Origin: Octopus bimaculoides
Lineage: Eukaryota
DNA length: 64,000 nucleotides
Reading direction: 5' to 3'
NCBI RefSeq assembly: GCF_001194135.2
Contig: NC_068992.1
Span: 44,437,312-44,501,311 of the forward strand
The position numbers and the translations under genes are program-made. Below the pieces are notes generated by a model that saw only the letters and a program-made list of their open reading frames with translations, made no database searches and was not told the origin of the DNA. Each line of letters starts with the position of its first letter. Position 1 is the stretch's first letter. This document shows positions 26,079 through 40,589 of this stretch, in pieces.

Positions 26079-26110
<32 letters not shown>

Positions 26111-27318
26111 NNNNNNNNNNNNNNNNNNNNNNNNNNNNNNNNNNNNNNNNNNNNNNNNNNNNNNNNNNNNNNNNNNNNNNNNNNNNNNNNNNNNNNNNNN
26201 NNNNNNNNNNNNNNNNNNNNNNNNNNNNNNNNNNNNNNNNNNNNNNNNNNNNNNNNNNNNNNNNNNNNNNNNNNNNNNNNNNNNNNNNNNNNNNNNNNNN
26301 NNNNNNNNNNNNNNNNNNNNNNNNNNNNNNNNNNNNNNNNNNNNNNNNNNNNNNNNNNNNNNNNNNNNNNNNNNNNNNNNNNNNNNNNNNNNNNNNNNNN
26401 NNNNNNNNNNNNNNNNNNNNNNNNNNNNNNNNNNNNNNNNNNNNNNNNNNNNNNNNNNNNNNNNNNNNNNNATATATATATATATACACACACACATTTA
26501 TATATATATTTTTTGTTCTTTAATTCGTTTTGGAACAGCTTTTGACTCTTTAATATAAAACCTGGTCTTAAAAGGGTTCTATATCTTTTTTCGGAGTGCC
26601 TGAAGATTGAAAGATACAAACAATGCTTCATGGTCTGGACACACATCAAGTTAGATGGTATAACGAGATCTGAAGATCTCTTCAACCAATTTCCTGCATT
26701 CTCATACCAGCTCAGTTGTCTTAACATTATCTTGGTATTGAGTATATTGTGTGGAAGGAAAGAGAAGAAGAAGAAGAAGAAATTTGCAATTTGTGTTTGT
26801 GTGTGTTGGAGAGGGTGATGAATGTCAATATTGAATAACCCTTTAAGTTTAAAGCCCACTAACCCTAATCACAAGGCCACCAAATCCAAGGGCATCCCTT
26901 TTTTTCTTCTCCACCTCCCTGCTCGACCTGTCAAGGGAAATACTTTTAATTCATACTTCTCTAACCATCAACGACTCTATTTTAAAAATCCGCCATGTTT
27001 TTCTTTTATTATTTTCTTCTGAAATACTTGATCTAAATATGTTTGTTCTTCGACAGACATTCCATTCATTAATGTAGGTCACATCCTGACCCGTTTACTT
27101 TTATGCAAGGTTAATCTTTCACCGACAACTAGTGAAAAATACAATCCTTTCTTCTATATAAACATGATTCTTTCTTTCAAATTTTATTCATATCTTATTT
27201 CATTTATTTATTTATTTGTACTTGACATTTAACCTTGTGAACGGTCGGTTCCCCTTTCTCTACCTCTCTCTTTTCCCCGTTTTTCTCTCTTCGTCTCCCC
27301 TCTCTCTCTCTCTTCGTC

Positions 27319-27349
<31 letters not shown>

Positions 27350-29329
27350 TCCCCTATCTCTCACGTCTTTTCACAGAATTTATTTAAAATTCTAAGTTTA
27401 TCCGTTTTTCTTTATCCTCTACTTCTTGACAAACAAATTGTTGAGCTTTCATCCACAATGTTTACAACAGCACCGCACCACCACCACCACCACCATCACC
27501 AGCACCTCCTCCTTCAACAACAACCTTTTATAAACACTTTATCTGATTTCTTGTTCCCATCGTTCCTGGCGTCGGGTGTTACTAAAAATAGTAATAAGAC
27601 GAAAATCTTCAACATCTGTCAGCCTGCAATATTTCACCATGGAGAGAGAGAGTTAGGTGGTGGTAGTGGCGGTGGCGGCTATATTGCTGATGTGGAGAGG
27701 TGAACGAAACAACAAAAATACTATCACACCACCAACTTTCCATAACTCAATGGTTCCACTTACCCAGCTTGGGCCCAGGTATGCATGAAAACACATTGGG
27801 CTATGAATGACTTTATCGGATCGTAGGGCACCTGTGTTTTTGTGTCGTTACTCATCATCAGCCGACGAAAATCGAAATCACTGTTCATAGCATAACGATA
27901 ATTATGTTATATAAGAACTGCAAACAGTGAATTTACTGGCGTGCAAAAAGCTTGGTCAGGTGGAATTGATTAACGCACGAAGCAACGTTAAAGAAAATTT
28001 TTGCGTGTACGATGATATGTAACACATTGGGGACACTCAGACGGGGAAGTATCCTTCGCTGTGGAAACAGCCACGGGAGAAATTTCTCCTCTTAGACAGC
28101 GTGTGAAAACACTTTGGACAACGAATGACGTCATCCTGGATTGTGTGACATGCGTTTCTGCGTTGCTGATGCAGATATGAGATTTTTTTTTTACATCTCG
28201 AGTTCAAACGCTTAAAGAGTCACCATTGTTTTTCATTTCATTCAATGACACTCAAATAAAAAGCGGCCTTGTACTAAGTTCAGTCCAACCCATTTTGCTT
28301 TTTCTTGACCCGTGTGCGACATTGTATTCTTTCTTCACCAATGTGCAGTGTTGTACTCTACTTTCACTAATATACAGTGTGGTACTCTTTGTTTGTTTAT
28401 AAAAGGGAATGTTTTAAAGTGATAAGCTCTAAGCTCTTGCATAATTTAGATTTGAAATTAAATTGAAACAGATATTGCATTACAGCAAAGTTATGTTTGC
28501 TATTCATAAACGCTCGCGCGTACGCACGCACGCACGCACGCACGCACACAAACACACACACAGACACACAGACACTATTGTGTAAGGTTAGTGGTCAAAT
28601 TGCAAGCAACTGTCTGACAAATAGTTCATCCGGAAACGCTAGATTCCCCCTTTCTGACAAAAAGTTACGTTTGTTTCTTTCCGCAACGAATTCTTTTCTT
28701 TAAGCCTAGAAGCTAACAGTTCTGACAACTCTTTTGACTTCTGCGACAGAGTGTCACAACCTCACTGAAAGCTTAAATGGCTCTGAGACTCATACTGCTA
28801 ACGTGCTCTGTGAAAAGACACATCGAGAGATTTCTGAAACATGGAGCTATGAGTGGAGCCAATATGGGCCAGACCATAGAAGAACTCGACCTGATAGAAA
28901 AAATAAAAAAATAAAAATAAAACTATTGCCAATTTAAAACCCAACAGAAAAAAAGTTAGAATTTGTTGGTCAGTGTTATTGACCAGCTAGGTATCATAAA
29001 CGAATTAGTTTGATTGATATTGCAGAATGGAACGACATAATGGTATTACGGTGGTGAGTTAGGATCAGAGCTATGTGTGTGATATACCTCAGATATATCA
29101 CACATGTATCTCTATGAGATACTATATTTTACAGCCGTATAATGTGATATCCACGCTCAGAAGAATTGATATAAACATATTATATGCAGAACTAAATGAA
29201 CAATTGAGTCACTATTAAATATACATACTATACTCAGTGTTAATTAATATATTGTAATCATTGTTATATTCATGATTAAATTATATTCAGTTTGCTGTTT
29301 TAATCAAGTTTGCTCTTCTAATCAAGTAT

Positions 29330-29850
29330 CATTCTAAATTGTACTATATTATAATTTTATGCTGGTTACTTAAACTATTTGCATTCACGTTATATCGTAC
29401 TTACATTGCCCTTATATTGCATAACATTTACATCAATTTTTATTCTCATTATATTGCACCCCCATTTTATGGTACACTCGTCTTATTCTATTCGTCTTAC
29501 ACTCTCATTATGTTGTACTTACATTATTCTGTAATCACAAAATATATCCATATTATGTTATCTATACATAGTATTTTTCCAAGATAATACGTATTTACTT
29601 GATATTGTACTCACAATGTATTGTACTCACATGATAATGTACTCACATTATACTGTACTCGGCATTATTCTGCACTTACGTTATGCTGTGCTCACATTAG
29701 TCGATATCAACATGATGTTCTACTCACATGATGCCATATCCCACGATGCTGCACTCATATAATTCAGTACTAATATGATATTATGCTCACATTAAACTAT
29801 ACTCTTCAGATAATATCTCATGCCACTATATTGTACTCGTATTGTACTAA
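29330..29850. repeat. Decayed ~16-bp minisatellite (consensus about TATTGTACTCACATGA)
   Basis: GTACTC/GTACTCAC cores at 29607, 29623, 29639, 29655, with degenerate units at 29672 and 29688; decays on both sides. Confidence 0.75.
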
Positions 29851-30326
29851 TAAACATAACTACAAGGTTATTTTTAGTGCTTCTAATACAAAACTTAATA
29901 TAAAGCATATATTGATGTTTGTTCCATTCACTGTTCAGTTTGGCAAAAGCATTTATTATAATTTGCTTCTGTACTATGTAAACATTTAACCTTTTCTGAT
30001 AAATATTGATTGCAGTATAAGTAGTAGCAGAAACAACAACAGCAACAAGAAATCAGTGAAGGTAAAGCATTGAATAATTACTTAGATCGATACTACGTCT
30101 GTGGTGAAAGCTGTCCGTTTAGTTGAAGTTGAGCTGCAAGCTGGGAGTAATAAAGTAAATTCAACATAAGAATGCTGTGAAAAGCAGTCAAAGTATGCAG
30201 AAAAGGACAAGACTTTAGCTGAACGAAACTTCAGAGGAATCAGGATTTGAACTCGCACACACTGTTGTAGAGTTCTTAACAATGTACTATGGTAATACAG
30301 AAGTACTGCATACAAACACAGAAAAA

Positions 30327-30367
<41 letters not shown>

Positions 30368-30525
30368 TGTGTGAGAGAGAGAGAGAGAGGCATAGAGTGA
30401 GAGACTGATTGAGTGAGAGAGTGTTATGTGCGTATGAGATAGAGAGGGGGATAGAGTGAGAGAGTGATAGAGTGAGAGAGAGAGAGAAAAAGAGAGGAGA
30501 GAGAAAGAGACAGAAGAGAGAGAGA

Positions 30526-30570
<45 letters not shown>

Positions 30571-32425
30571 TATAATACATCCACTCACATCACACAAACA
30601 CACACACAGTGCATACGCCGTAACTGATTAAGTCAAGAGTCATTCAAAAGGTTGCAAGCAGCAACGAAAGAGCTTTGACAAATTAAAACAAAACAAATGC
30701 CTTACTATTTAACCAAATTAACCAAACAATCGATTAGTTAGTTGGGCAGCTAATTTCCACAAATGTACACAGTTTCTCTTCTTTATCCCAAATCATTATC
30801 TCTGGTCTGCTGTGCTTACATGATTGAGGTCTTCACTAGGACATTCCACCATGTATGTATGCATATATGCACACTACTTATTTGTCACATTTAAGCGTTG
30901 TCTATGTTTGCAATTTAATCAGGTTACCTATTCCGAACGCTGCAATACTCCTTCCTGGCTCTCTCTCAATAGCACATTAAAGAAGAAAAACTAATTTTAC
31001 AAGGTTGAATATTGTGATTTATTAAGAAAAGCGAAACTCGTGATAATACTTTAAGACAAGATGAAAATTTTAGAAAATATATAAAATGTATGATTGTTTC
31101 GTTTTAAATTGTTATTTCACAAAAAAAAAAAAAAAAATTCGAGGGATCAAATGGCTATTCTTCATGATTGCAACATTCTGAGATCTAAAAGAAAATCCCT
31201 ATTTCTCTGTTTACCATAAAGAGAATAGGTCTATACTTCCAGAAGACTGATTCTGCTGCCAAAGAACAAAGACAGATAACGAACTACCACAAGTATGGGT
31301 GACCGAAGAGTGAAAGTCTTACTTCTTTATAGAAAGTCAAAAAAGTCTTCAGCAACTGACAAGAGACCTTAGGACAGCTGAGGACCAAGACATGAAGACT
31401 GGAAATGTTGGTATTTTTACCTCTAAACGATGTGCTTGAGAACCAAATGAAGCATTAAATCAGGTTGCACTTTTTAGTCAAGCATGGTAACTGTTATTCA
31501 GAAAGTGCTTTTCTTTCTTAAATGAAAAATCAAGATTTAAGCTTTGTAGTAATGTTCCTGAATGTTGCCTTCACAGACTTCGTGAGGGTTTTCATGTGCT
31601 CTTCGTCACTTGAAAAGTCTCAGAAACCGGAATAAACTCCGATCTAATGAGTACGTAGGCTCAAGAAAGGCGTTAACTCGATCATATTGAACTCAGTTGA
31701 AGGGTTGAAATTAATGCGTGCAAGATTTCACAGTTCTTGCATCAGTCCATTGTCAGCCTATGAATTTTTCAGCCCACCCTTGTATATATATATCTGCATG
31801 TGTATACACGCACGTATACATGCACATATGTACATACACGCACACACACACACACACACACAAACACATGCACACTTACACACGTATGCATATACACACA
31901 CAAACACACACACACACACACGCATATATACATATGATAAGCAAGAGAAAGAGAAGGAAGAGAGTAGCGTGAGAGAGGGAAAGAGAGAAAGAAAAGAAAG
32001 AGAGAGGTGGTGCGTCTCCAGAATAAAAACTTGTGTTTATGCCGCCAACAGCAATATTTCAGTCTATCAAGAAAAAATAAAATTATTGCTGACATAACTA
32101 AACTATATCGATTATATCGATTATTGCTGACACAACGAAACTATATTGATTATGTTAATGATGATTTTATAATCACAGCGTTTCAGCTATGTAAGAAGCA
32201 GCAGGGATAGTATAAGTGGAGTGGTGTACCCGGACCACCAGACGCTTGTTCAGCACTTATCAAAAAGGAAGGACTGTTGTGGATCGAATCTACTCAGTAT
32301 ATTATCGATCTGGAATGGCGGCAAGATGTGTGTCGCGGAGGAGTATGAACTGAAAATGTGGAGGTCGCTAATATTGATTGTTTATATTGATGTAACAAGA
32401 TGTGGGGATAGGTAACTATATAGAT

Positions 32426-32444
32426 CAGTGGTTCTCAACCAGGG
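32426..32444. mobile_element. hAT-type terminal sequence (isolated MITE end)
   Basis: CAGTGGTTCTCAACC resembles Charlie/hAT TIRs; it abuts the truncated Tx1 fragment. No partner end found. Confidence 0.4.
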
Positions 32445-32449
32445 TCTGT

Positions 32450-33400
32450 ATAAGATTTTGTCGTCCATATAAGACGATATTTTAACAATTTTATTATACA
32501 ATTCCTAATAATATTTAAGTATAAAAATATAATAAGGGTTTTAAACATCGTTTCGTTGCTCTGCACGCATCTCAGAATGGCCCGTCTGACAGCACTCCCA
32601 TACCTGTAGAGTTTATCTCTAACCAGTAGTGCCCTTAGAAAGCGCTGCCAGACCGAAGGATTCTGGAAATTATCTATTGTAGTCCACTGTAACAGACTAG
32701 CCAATTATCGTCGGCGCCCAGTACCTCCCTGAGAACATCCTCAACTTTCTCACCACTGATCCTCTATGAATTGCTAAATCGAACATCTGTCGACCCCGTT
32801 GGGCGATTGAAGTAAGGTGGTGAGCCCCTGCAGACATTCTAGATGTCAGGTGTCTTGTCTCGATCTTTGCATCTCCAAGAACTTTAACTCCAAAGCTCCG
32901 TCGTGGAGTGGAGCTGCGGAAAGACTTGCGTTACGAACAGAGCTCGCACACGTTCACTGTCTTGAAATCTCAGCAGGTGGAACAATCTGAGCACCTTATC
33001 GACGCGTGACAAACCAGGCCTTAACCGTCCCCTCCTATGCAGAGAGTGTTGACAACAGGTAGACGCCTGACTAGTGAAATGTGTCCCTTTCACAACAATC
33101 TAAATAACTGATACTACAACCTGATCAGGCAGTAAATGTTACAAGGTCAAGCGGGAAATAATATTGGAGGTGATGTAGGCATTCGTTACACTTGTTTGGT
33201 TGTTCAAGGACGGCTTTCTCTTAGTCAATTTCTAGATAAAACTGGCTACCCTGTTGTTATATTATCCCGCTTCCAGTCCATCTCAAAGTCGGGACCAAAC
33301 CAAACCCTGAACAGTTTAACTGATCTGTCAGTTCAGTGTCCCATAACGCTGTCCGACAACACGGACCTCCCTCTCCAAGTGTGGAACTGTAAGCCCACTG
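32450..33400 (-). mobile_element. Tx1/L1-clade LINE, ORF2 fragment
   Basis: SVGLQFHTWRGRSVLSDSVMGH*TDRSVKLFRVWFGPD (33270-33390), then MASLLQWTTIDNFQNPSVWQRFLRALLVRDKLYRYGSAVRRAILRCVQSNET, homologous to 62545. Confidence 0.85.
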
Positions 33401-33862
33401 ACTTGTATATATTGTGTATGTGAAAAGAGGAAGAGAAAGAAATAAAACAGGCTTCGGCATAATTTCTATTTACCTAATTCCTCTCATTAGTAATTGGTTA
33501 ATTCGATACTACAGCGAAAGATGCTGTGCAGGGAAACGAATCCTGACATAATTACAAAGCAAAGTGCTTACTTATGATCTGCCTATGTCATTTTGCTGTT
33601 CACCTACCATGCCATGTGACTTCAGTTATTTGTATTGTTCATTGAATTTGAACGACAAAGGTTGTTGTAAGGCTTCACCTGACAAATACTTGACTCTGAT
33701 CTGAGGATGGCAGGACCTTATGAATGCATTGACGTGTGCAATTACTGCCCTTTGCGTTCAGGTTGGAGTGGGGGTGACTTTAGTTTTCATCCTCTCAGAA
33801 TAGACAAAACAATTTGGGGCTAAATGCTGTGACCCTGAGCTTGTGGTACAGATCTTGTGTGT

Positions 33863-33943
<81 letters not shown>

Positions 33944-34580
33944 TGTGTGTGTGTTTAACTGAATATTAAACTGTGCAATATGGGTCACTGATTAAGACCA
34001 AGTTTACTGAGAGATTGTTGGTTCAGTCCTATGTCTAGCATTGTTTTCTGCGGTGCAGCTAATGAAACTCAGCCCACTTCAATAAAATTTGGGGTTGCAC
34101 AAAGTATGATATCTGTAATCAGTGACAAACCAATGAAATAAATGGGTCTTTCATTAGCCTGGGTCAAACTCCAGCCTTGTGCATGTGTAGAGCTGCAAAG
34201 AAGGGTTCGACATTTGAGATCCCCATACTAAAACCAGTAAGAGTTGACCACCTATTGACACATTTCTGACCATCAAAAAGAAAAAATAGCAATTGATGTC
34301 GTTGATTGCCCGACACCTAAGAGATTGATTAAAGAATAAATGTGTCAATCGATTTGCGTTTCGTTTTATTCCACTTTATGAACAGATCGATTTGTTTTGT
34401 CGTATATTAAGATCAATGTCAACCGACCAGGTTCTTCGTTATCCCTATGACAGATCGATATTCATTTGCTATGAATTATTTAGATCAATCGATCATGGAC
34501 AATTTTCCAAGTTTTTAACAATTTTACTTTCCTTAAATGATTTCTTTCAATGACATTCCAGCACACCCCACAACACACAC

Positions 34581-34627
<47 letters not shown>

Positions 34628-34747
34628 TACACACATATGTAAATACATGCCTATGTGTGAGCACACATACACACACGTACACATTACATACGTAAATACA
34701 CACATATGTGTGAGCACACATACATATAAACATGCACAACGCGCACG

Positions 34748-34780
<33 letters not shown>

Positions 34781-36226
34781 GTGTGTGTGCGTGCGTGTGC
34801 GTGTGTGCATGTGTGCGTGCACACATACTCACATATATACACACATATTTATATATAGTGTGTGTGTTTGTGGGAGTGTAAATATGCTTGAGCGCATGTG
34901 CTTGTATGTGTATGTGTGAGTATGTGTGGAAGCATGTGCAAGTCTATGATACGTATTTTGTTGACGTCGGGAAGACGAAAGTCAAGATGGCCTCGATTGG
35001 ATTTGAACATAGAAGGTAAAAGAATGTAACTAAATACTGCCAGATATTTTTGCCCGACTCTCTACTCAATCTTCTTTCCCACCACTGTCATAAAAAAAGT
35101 CAACAACGACAAGTAATGGCCAATGTACATCCAGTGAATACCTTTGCTAAATACAAGTAAACCACGACAGAAACAAAAAGTCCAGTAAGGCAATGAGAAA
35201 TCTAAAAATACGAGAGACTAAAAACGGAATGGAAGCAGCAGCAGCAGTAGCAGTAGTGTGCGCATTTGTATGGGTGCGCGCGTGCATACGTATGCATGTG
35301 TGTGTGTACATCTGTGCGTGTCTGTGTGTATGTATGTGCGCGTGCGCACATGTGTAAACATGGACGGGATAAAATATTTTCTCACATCAATGTTGACCCA
35401 ACCAATCTTCCAATATTGTCTTTACTGATGACTTTGTTTTTGGCCTTCAGTCTTTTTTATCCATCTATTTCAGAAAGAGAACATTCTTCCGGCTAAAATT
35501 GTCCATGGCTGCCGGCTATATAAGCAGATTGGCTAATATTAGTACAGTAAACTTTGCCAGTTCTTCTCTCTCTCTCCTGGTATCCACTGTTGAAATGTCC
35601 TTGGAGCAGATTTAAGACAAATGTTTGGCTCCATTCGTTTTATTTTGTGTTCAAGATATGTCTGCTGCTATTTCTGTCTTCTAATGACGTTGTTGACTTT
35701 CTAATGTTGACGCATTCCTTCCCCTCTGCTTTATCGTTTGCTTCACACACACACACATGCACACACACACACACACACATACACACACACACACTCACAC
35801 ATACACATACATACACACACGCACGAACACACACATGGACACGCACAATGCGCAAACATACAAATATCCATAAAGACACACATATACAGACATACACAGA
35901 GACACACACAGACATCCACACGCATATACGTTCATACACATATGCAGACATACGCAAACAGACTTATATGGTAAATGTTTGCATGAATACATGTAAGTGC
36001 ATACACGTGTAGACTAATACATGTACGCATGCGTATTACCTAAATACTTGGCCATAAACACATACGTTTAGACAGATAATCACATGCATATATACATAGA
36101 TACATATACACAGACATGCAGATTTACAAACGTACGCAACCAATACACTCATACATAAAAATATACCCTTGCATACACATACAGGTACATACATTTGAAT
36201 ACATTGAACGTAGAAATGTACGAGGG

Positions 36227-36298
<72 letters not shown>

Positions 36299-36342
36299 GC
36301 ACGCACGTACACACACTCACACTCATACAGACACACACTAAG

Positions 36343-36430
36343 TATGGGCAAGTGTCTTCTACTATAGCCTCGGCCCTACCAAATCCTTGTGAGTGGATTT
36401 GGTTTACGGAAACCGGAAGAAGCTCGTCAT
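36343..36430 (+). mobile_element. CORE-like tRNA-SINE (family B), internal fragment
   Basis: GGGCAAGTGTCTTCTACTATAGCCTCGG..CCTTGTGAGTGGATTTGG..ACGGAAAC..AAGAAGCTCGTC, shared with 43481 and 39091. Confidence 0.85.
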
Positions 36431-36487
36431 ATACGCGTGTGTGTGTGGGGGGGGGGGTACCTGTGTGTGTGTGTTTGTGCGCGCGCA

Positions 36488-36580
36488 AATCCACTGACAA
36501 GGCTTTGGTCGGCCCGAGACTGTAGCAGACGACACTTGCCCTAGGTGCCACGCTGAACCCAGAACTATGTGGTTGGGAAA
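36488..36580 (-). mobile_element. Family B SINE fragment, opposite orientation
   Basis: CAAATCCACTGACAAGGCTTTGGTCGGCCCGAGACTGTAGCAGACGACACTTGCCC is a diverged reverse complement of the preceding fragment. Confidence 0.85.
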
Positions 36581-36855
36581 TGTTTTTATATTTATAATGT
36601 ACTATATCATAATATATACAAATGATGCCTGCACCTTAATTTCGAGCAATGCCATCGGTTGGTTGGTTGTTCTCATATACATGAATAGAACGGATGTGGC
36701 TTTTCAGTTCTGCCAGAAACTTGCATTCTTTTACACATATGTGGCAACAATGGATGCCTCTTGTACTAAATGTTCAAAGATATTACCACCCACGTCGACA
36801 AATGCCTTCATACTAGCCTTTTTCAGCAACGGCCAGCCATAGTACGTGACACATA

Positions 36856-37047
36856 TTGTTGTTGTTGTTGGCACTCCGTCGCTTACGACGTCGAGGGTTC
36901 CAGGTGACCCGATCAACGGAACAGCCTGCTCGTGAAATTAACGTGNNNNNNNNNNATAAACACTCACAACGCCCGGTCTGGGATTCGAAACCGCGATCCT
37001 ATGACCGCGAGTCTGCTGCCCTAACCACTGGGCCATTGCGCCTCCAC
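36856..37047 (-). mobile_element. tRNA-derived SINE (family C) with (CAA)n tail
   Basis: Minus-strand head GTGGAGGCGCAATGGCCCAGTGGTTAGGGCAGCAGACTCGCGGTCATAGGATCGCGGTTTCGAATCCCAG has A and B boxes. A 10-N gap hides the middle. Related to 55484-55670. Confidence 0.85.
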
Positions 37048-37409
37048 ACGTGACACATAACAGAGATGTTAAATACAAAGCGATGCCTGCGCCTGAAGAT
37101 TCTTAAATCGAAGAAAATGCTTGCACAAGGCCAATCCTACTCTCTAAATACGATATACATTTGCACAAAAAACAAGTCTACTTCATTGAAAGCAAACTAA
37201 GTTACGTAAGAGTTTTCCCTCTCATAGAGATATGTCTAAACAAAAACTTTGGATTTTTCACTCCGAGCTGTTGTTGGATGGCCGTTGACTTCGTCCACCT
37301 CTTTGGTAGGTTTCGTTTTTCGTCCTGCAGGGTGTCTAACGAAAACCATCCTCCTTGTCAAGCTGGATATGATTGAACAGTTGCATAGATCCATAGATAG
37401 ACTAGATAA

Positions 37410-37490
<81 letters not shown>

Positions 37491-38187
37491 NNNNNNNNNN
37501 NNNNNNNNNNNNNNNNNNNNNNNNNNNNNNNNNNNNNNNNNNNNNNNNNNNNNNNNNNNNNNNNNNNNNNNNNNNNNNNNNNNNNNNNNNNNNNNNNNNN
37601 NNNNNNNNNNNNNNNNNNNNNNNNNNNNNNNNNNNNNNNNNNNNNNNNNNNNNNNNNNNNNNNNNNNNNNNNNNNNNNNNNNNNNNNNNNNNNNNNNNNN
37701 NNNNNNNNNNNNNNNNNNNNNNNNNNNNNNNNNNNNNNNNNNNNNNNNNNNNNNNNNNNNNNNNNNNNNNNNNNNNNNNNNNNNNNNNNNNNNNNNNNNN
37801 NNNNNNNNNNNNNNNNNNNNNNNNNNNNNNNNNNNNNNNNNNNNNNNNNNNNNNNNNNNNNNNNNNNNNNNNNNNNNNNNNNNNNNNNNNNNNNNNNNNN
37901 NNNNNNNNNNNNNNNNNNNNNNNNNNNNNNNNNNNNNNNNNNNNNNNNNNNNNNNNNNNNNNNNNNNNNNNNNNNNNNNNNNNNNNNNNNNNNNNNNNNN
38001 NNNNNNNNNNNNNNNNNNNNNNNNNNNNNNNNNNNNNNNNNNNNNNNNNNNNNNNNNNNNNNNNNNNNNNNNNNNNNNNNNNNNNNNNNNNNNNNNNNNN
38101 NNNNNNNNNNNNNNNNNNNNNNNNNNNNNNNNNNNNNNNNNNNNNNNNNNNNNNNNNNNNNNNNNNNNNNNNNNNNNNNNNNNNNNN

Positions 38188-38234
<47 letters not shown>

Positions 38235-38332
38235 GTGTGTATGCATGTATGATTGTGCGTACATATGCAGATTCGCAGTAAGAGGGTGAAAAACATACAT
38301 ACATGTGCGTGTGTGCATGTATAAATGTGTGG

Positions 38333-38382
<50 letters not shown>

Positions 38383-38638
38383 GTAGGTTGGTAGATAGGG
38401 AGAGATAGAGAAAGAAAGGGGAGAGAGATAAAGAGAATTAAAGAAGAGGAAGGGTGGTAGTTAGAACGAGTGAAAAAGAGGAAGTAGTTTTCTAAAATTG
38501 TTAATATATAATGATGCGTGGGCAGTTACAATGTAGTTTCTTCGAGTCTAGAATGGTGAGTCTGTCACGTTGTCTTCTGAATCTCAGCTGTTCTATTTTC
38601 ACGTGTCAAACATTGCTACAAGCTTGTTTATGTTGTGC

Positions 38639-38696
38639 ATAGGTGCATGTGTATATAGGTGCATGTGTATATAGGTGCATGTGTATATAGGTGCAT
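38639..38696. repeat. 16-bp minisatellite (AGGTGCATGTGTATAT) x3.5
   Basis: Three identical units plus a partial unit, read directly. Confidence 0.95.
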
Positions 38697-39090
38697 TGGT
38701 TCATGAGTGTATATTCAAAAAGGATAGACAGAAAGGGTGATGTATGAATGGATATTACACACGACGGCAAACAAAAGGCTTCAGTCCTATTACACTGACT
38801 ATTGTTCAAGGCAGTCTTAATATCATTATAGCCTCACCTACCGGACAAAAATATGTTCTGAGGGCCTAGAGTATTATTACTTGACAGCAAGACAACGCAT
38901 CATTAGATTTGCAGTAGATCCCTAGACCCGTTCCTTCGGGCCCTGGGCATTACTGAGAGTGTTCACGTCTTAAGAACAAACGTGAGTAGCTCAGTTCACT
39001 CAGCTGTAAGTAGGTACCACAATGTGTCATAAGTGATTATTATATCCATAGTCTAAGCACTTAACTATCAACTGTCCAGTATGTAGAAAA

Positions 39091-39290
39091 GTAGGCGCAG
39101 GAGTGACTGTGTGGTAAGTAGCTTGCTTACCAGCCACATTGTTCCGGGTTCGACCAAAGCCTTATGAGTGAATTTGGTAGACGGAAACTGAAAGAAGCCC
39201 GTCGTATATATATATATATATATATGTTTGTATGTGCGTGTGTATGTGTTTGTGTGTCTGTGTGTATGTGTGTGTGTGCGTGTGTGTGTN
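39091..39290 (+). mobile_element. Family B SINE 5' part with internal deletion, running into its internal microsatellite and a gap
   Basis: GTAGGCGCAGGAGTGACTGTGTGGTAAGTAGCTTGCTTACCAGCCACATTGTTCCGGGTTC joined directly to GACCAAAGCC...GAAAGAAGCCCGTCG(TA)n. Confidence 0.85.
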
Positions 39291-40589
39291 NNNNNNNNNN
39301 NNNNNNNNNNNNNNNNNNNNNNNNNNNNNNNNNNNNNNNNNNNNNNNNNNNNNNNNNNNNNNNNNNNNNNNNNNNNNNNNNNNNNNNNNNNNNNNNNNNN
39401 NNNNNNNNNNNNNNNNNNNNNNNNNNNNNNNNNNNNNNNNNNNNNNNNNNNNNNNNNNNNNNNNNNNNNNNNNNNNNNNNNNNNNNNNNNNNNNNNNNNN
39501 NNNNNNNNNNNNNNNNNNNNNNNNNNNNNNNNNNNNNNNNNNNNNNNNNNNNNNNNNNNNNNNNNNNNNNNNNNNNNNNNNNNNNNNNNNNNNNNNNNNN
39601 NNNNNNNNNNNNNNNNNNNNNNNNNNNNNNNNNNNNNNNNNNNNNNNNNNNNNNNNNNNNNNNNNNNNNNNNNNNNNNNNNNNNNNNNNNNNNNNNNNNN
39701 NNNNNNNNNNNNNNNNNNNNNNNNNNNNNNNNNNNNNNNNNNNNNNNNNNNNNNNNNNNNNNNNNNNNNNNNNNNNNNNNNNNNNNNNNNNNNNNNNNNN
39801 NNNNNNNNNNNNNNNNNNNNNNNNNNNNNNNNNNNNNNNNNNNNNNNNNNNNNNNNNNNNNNNNNNNNNNNNNNNNNNNNNNNNNNNNNNNNNNNNNNNN
39901 ATATATATATACACACTGATATATATGTACATAATGAACGTATCTTGTGTATGTGTGTGTGTACAACTATATATGAATGTGTTTATGCATGTATACATAT
40001 GAATGCATGTGTTTCTTAGTGTTCAATGATTTCTATTCTAACACTGGTGATTAATTGGTGACACCACCCCAAAAGGAATGCAAAGTAAGTTTCAACGTAA
40101 GCCGAATTTGATCTCAAATCCGAGAAGGATGCATCAACGTTACTGAATCCATTTTGTATGACGAAAGAAAAAAACAAAAGATTAAGAATGTAGTATGCAG
40201 TGATGTCTATGCCTTTCCTAAAGTTATCGGAGGTGTGCACGATGTACAGATTCAACCGAGAAATGAAACCTTATCGCAGTTTTGATACACAGACTACAAA
40301 AACTAACAGATTGGCAAGTATAAACTTGCTTATGGATTCCTTATTTACACAACACAACATTGGGAGTGTAGGGAGAAGTAGGTTGTGTGTTTTAGTCAAC
40401 TGGATTGATCTTCAAGATATCACAGGTACCAATGGTTGAGGAGCCACAGCAATAACAGATAGTGTCATGAGTTAATGGTGTAACAGTGTCAGTTACCTGG
40501 TCGTAGACGAAATGATTTCCAAACACCTATAATAATATCTGAAAATACAGCAATGGAAACTAATTGCCGTAACGGTATGTCTGTGTGTG

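Noticed and set aside
27458-27703. ORF with poly-His and poly-Gly runs resembling a transcription-factor N-terminus
   Set aside because: The runs come from (CAC)n and (GGT/GGC)n repeats that are common here; no domain and no convincing donor site. Not fully excluded without RNA-seq.
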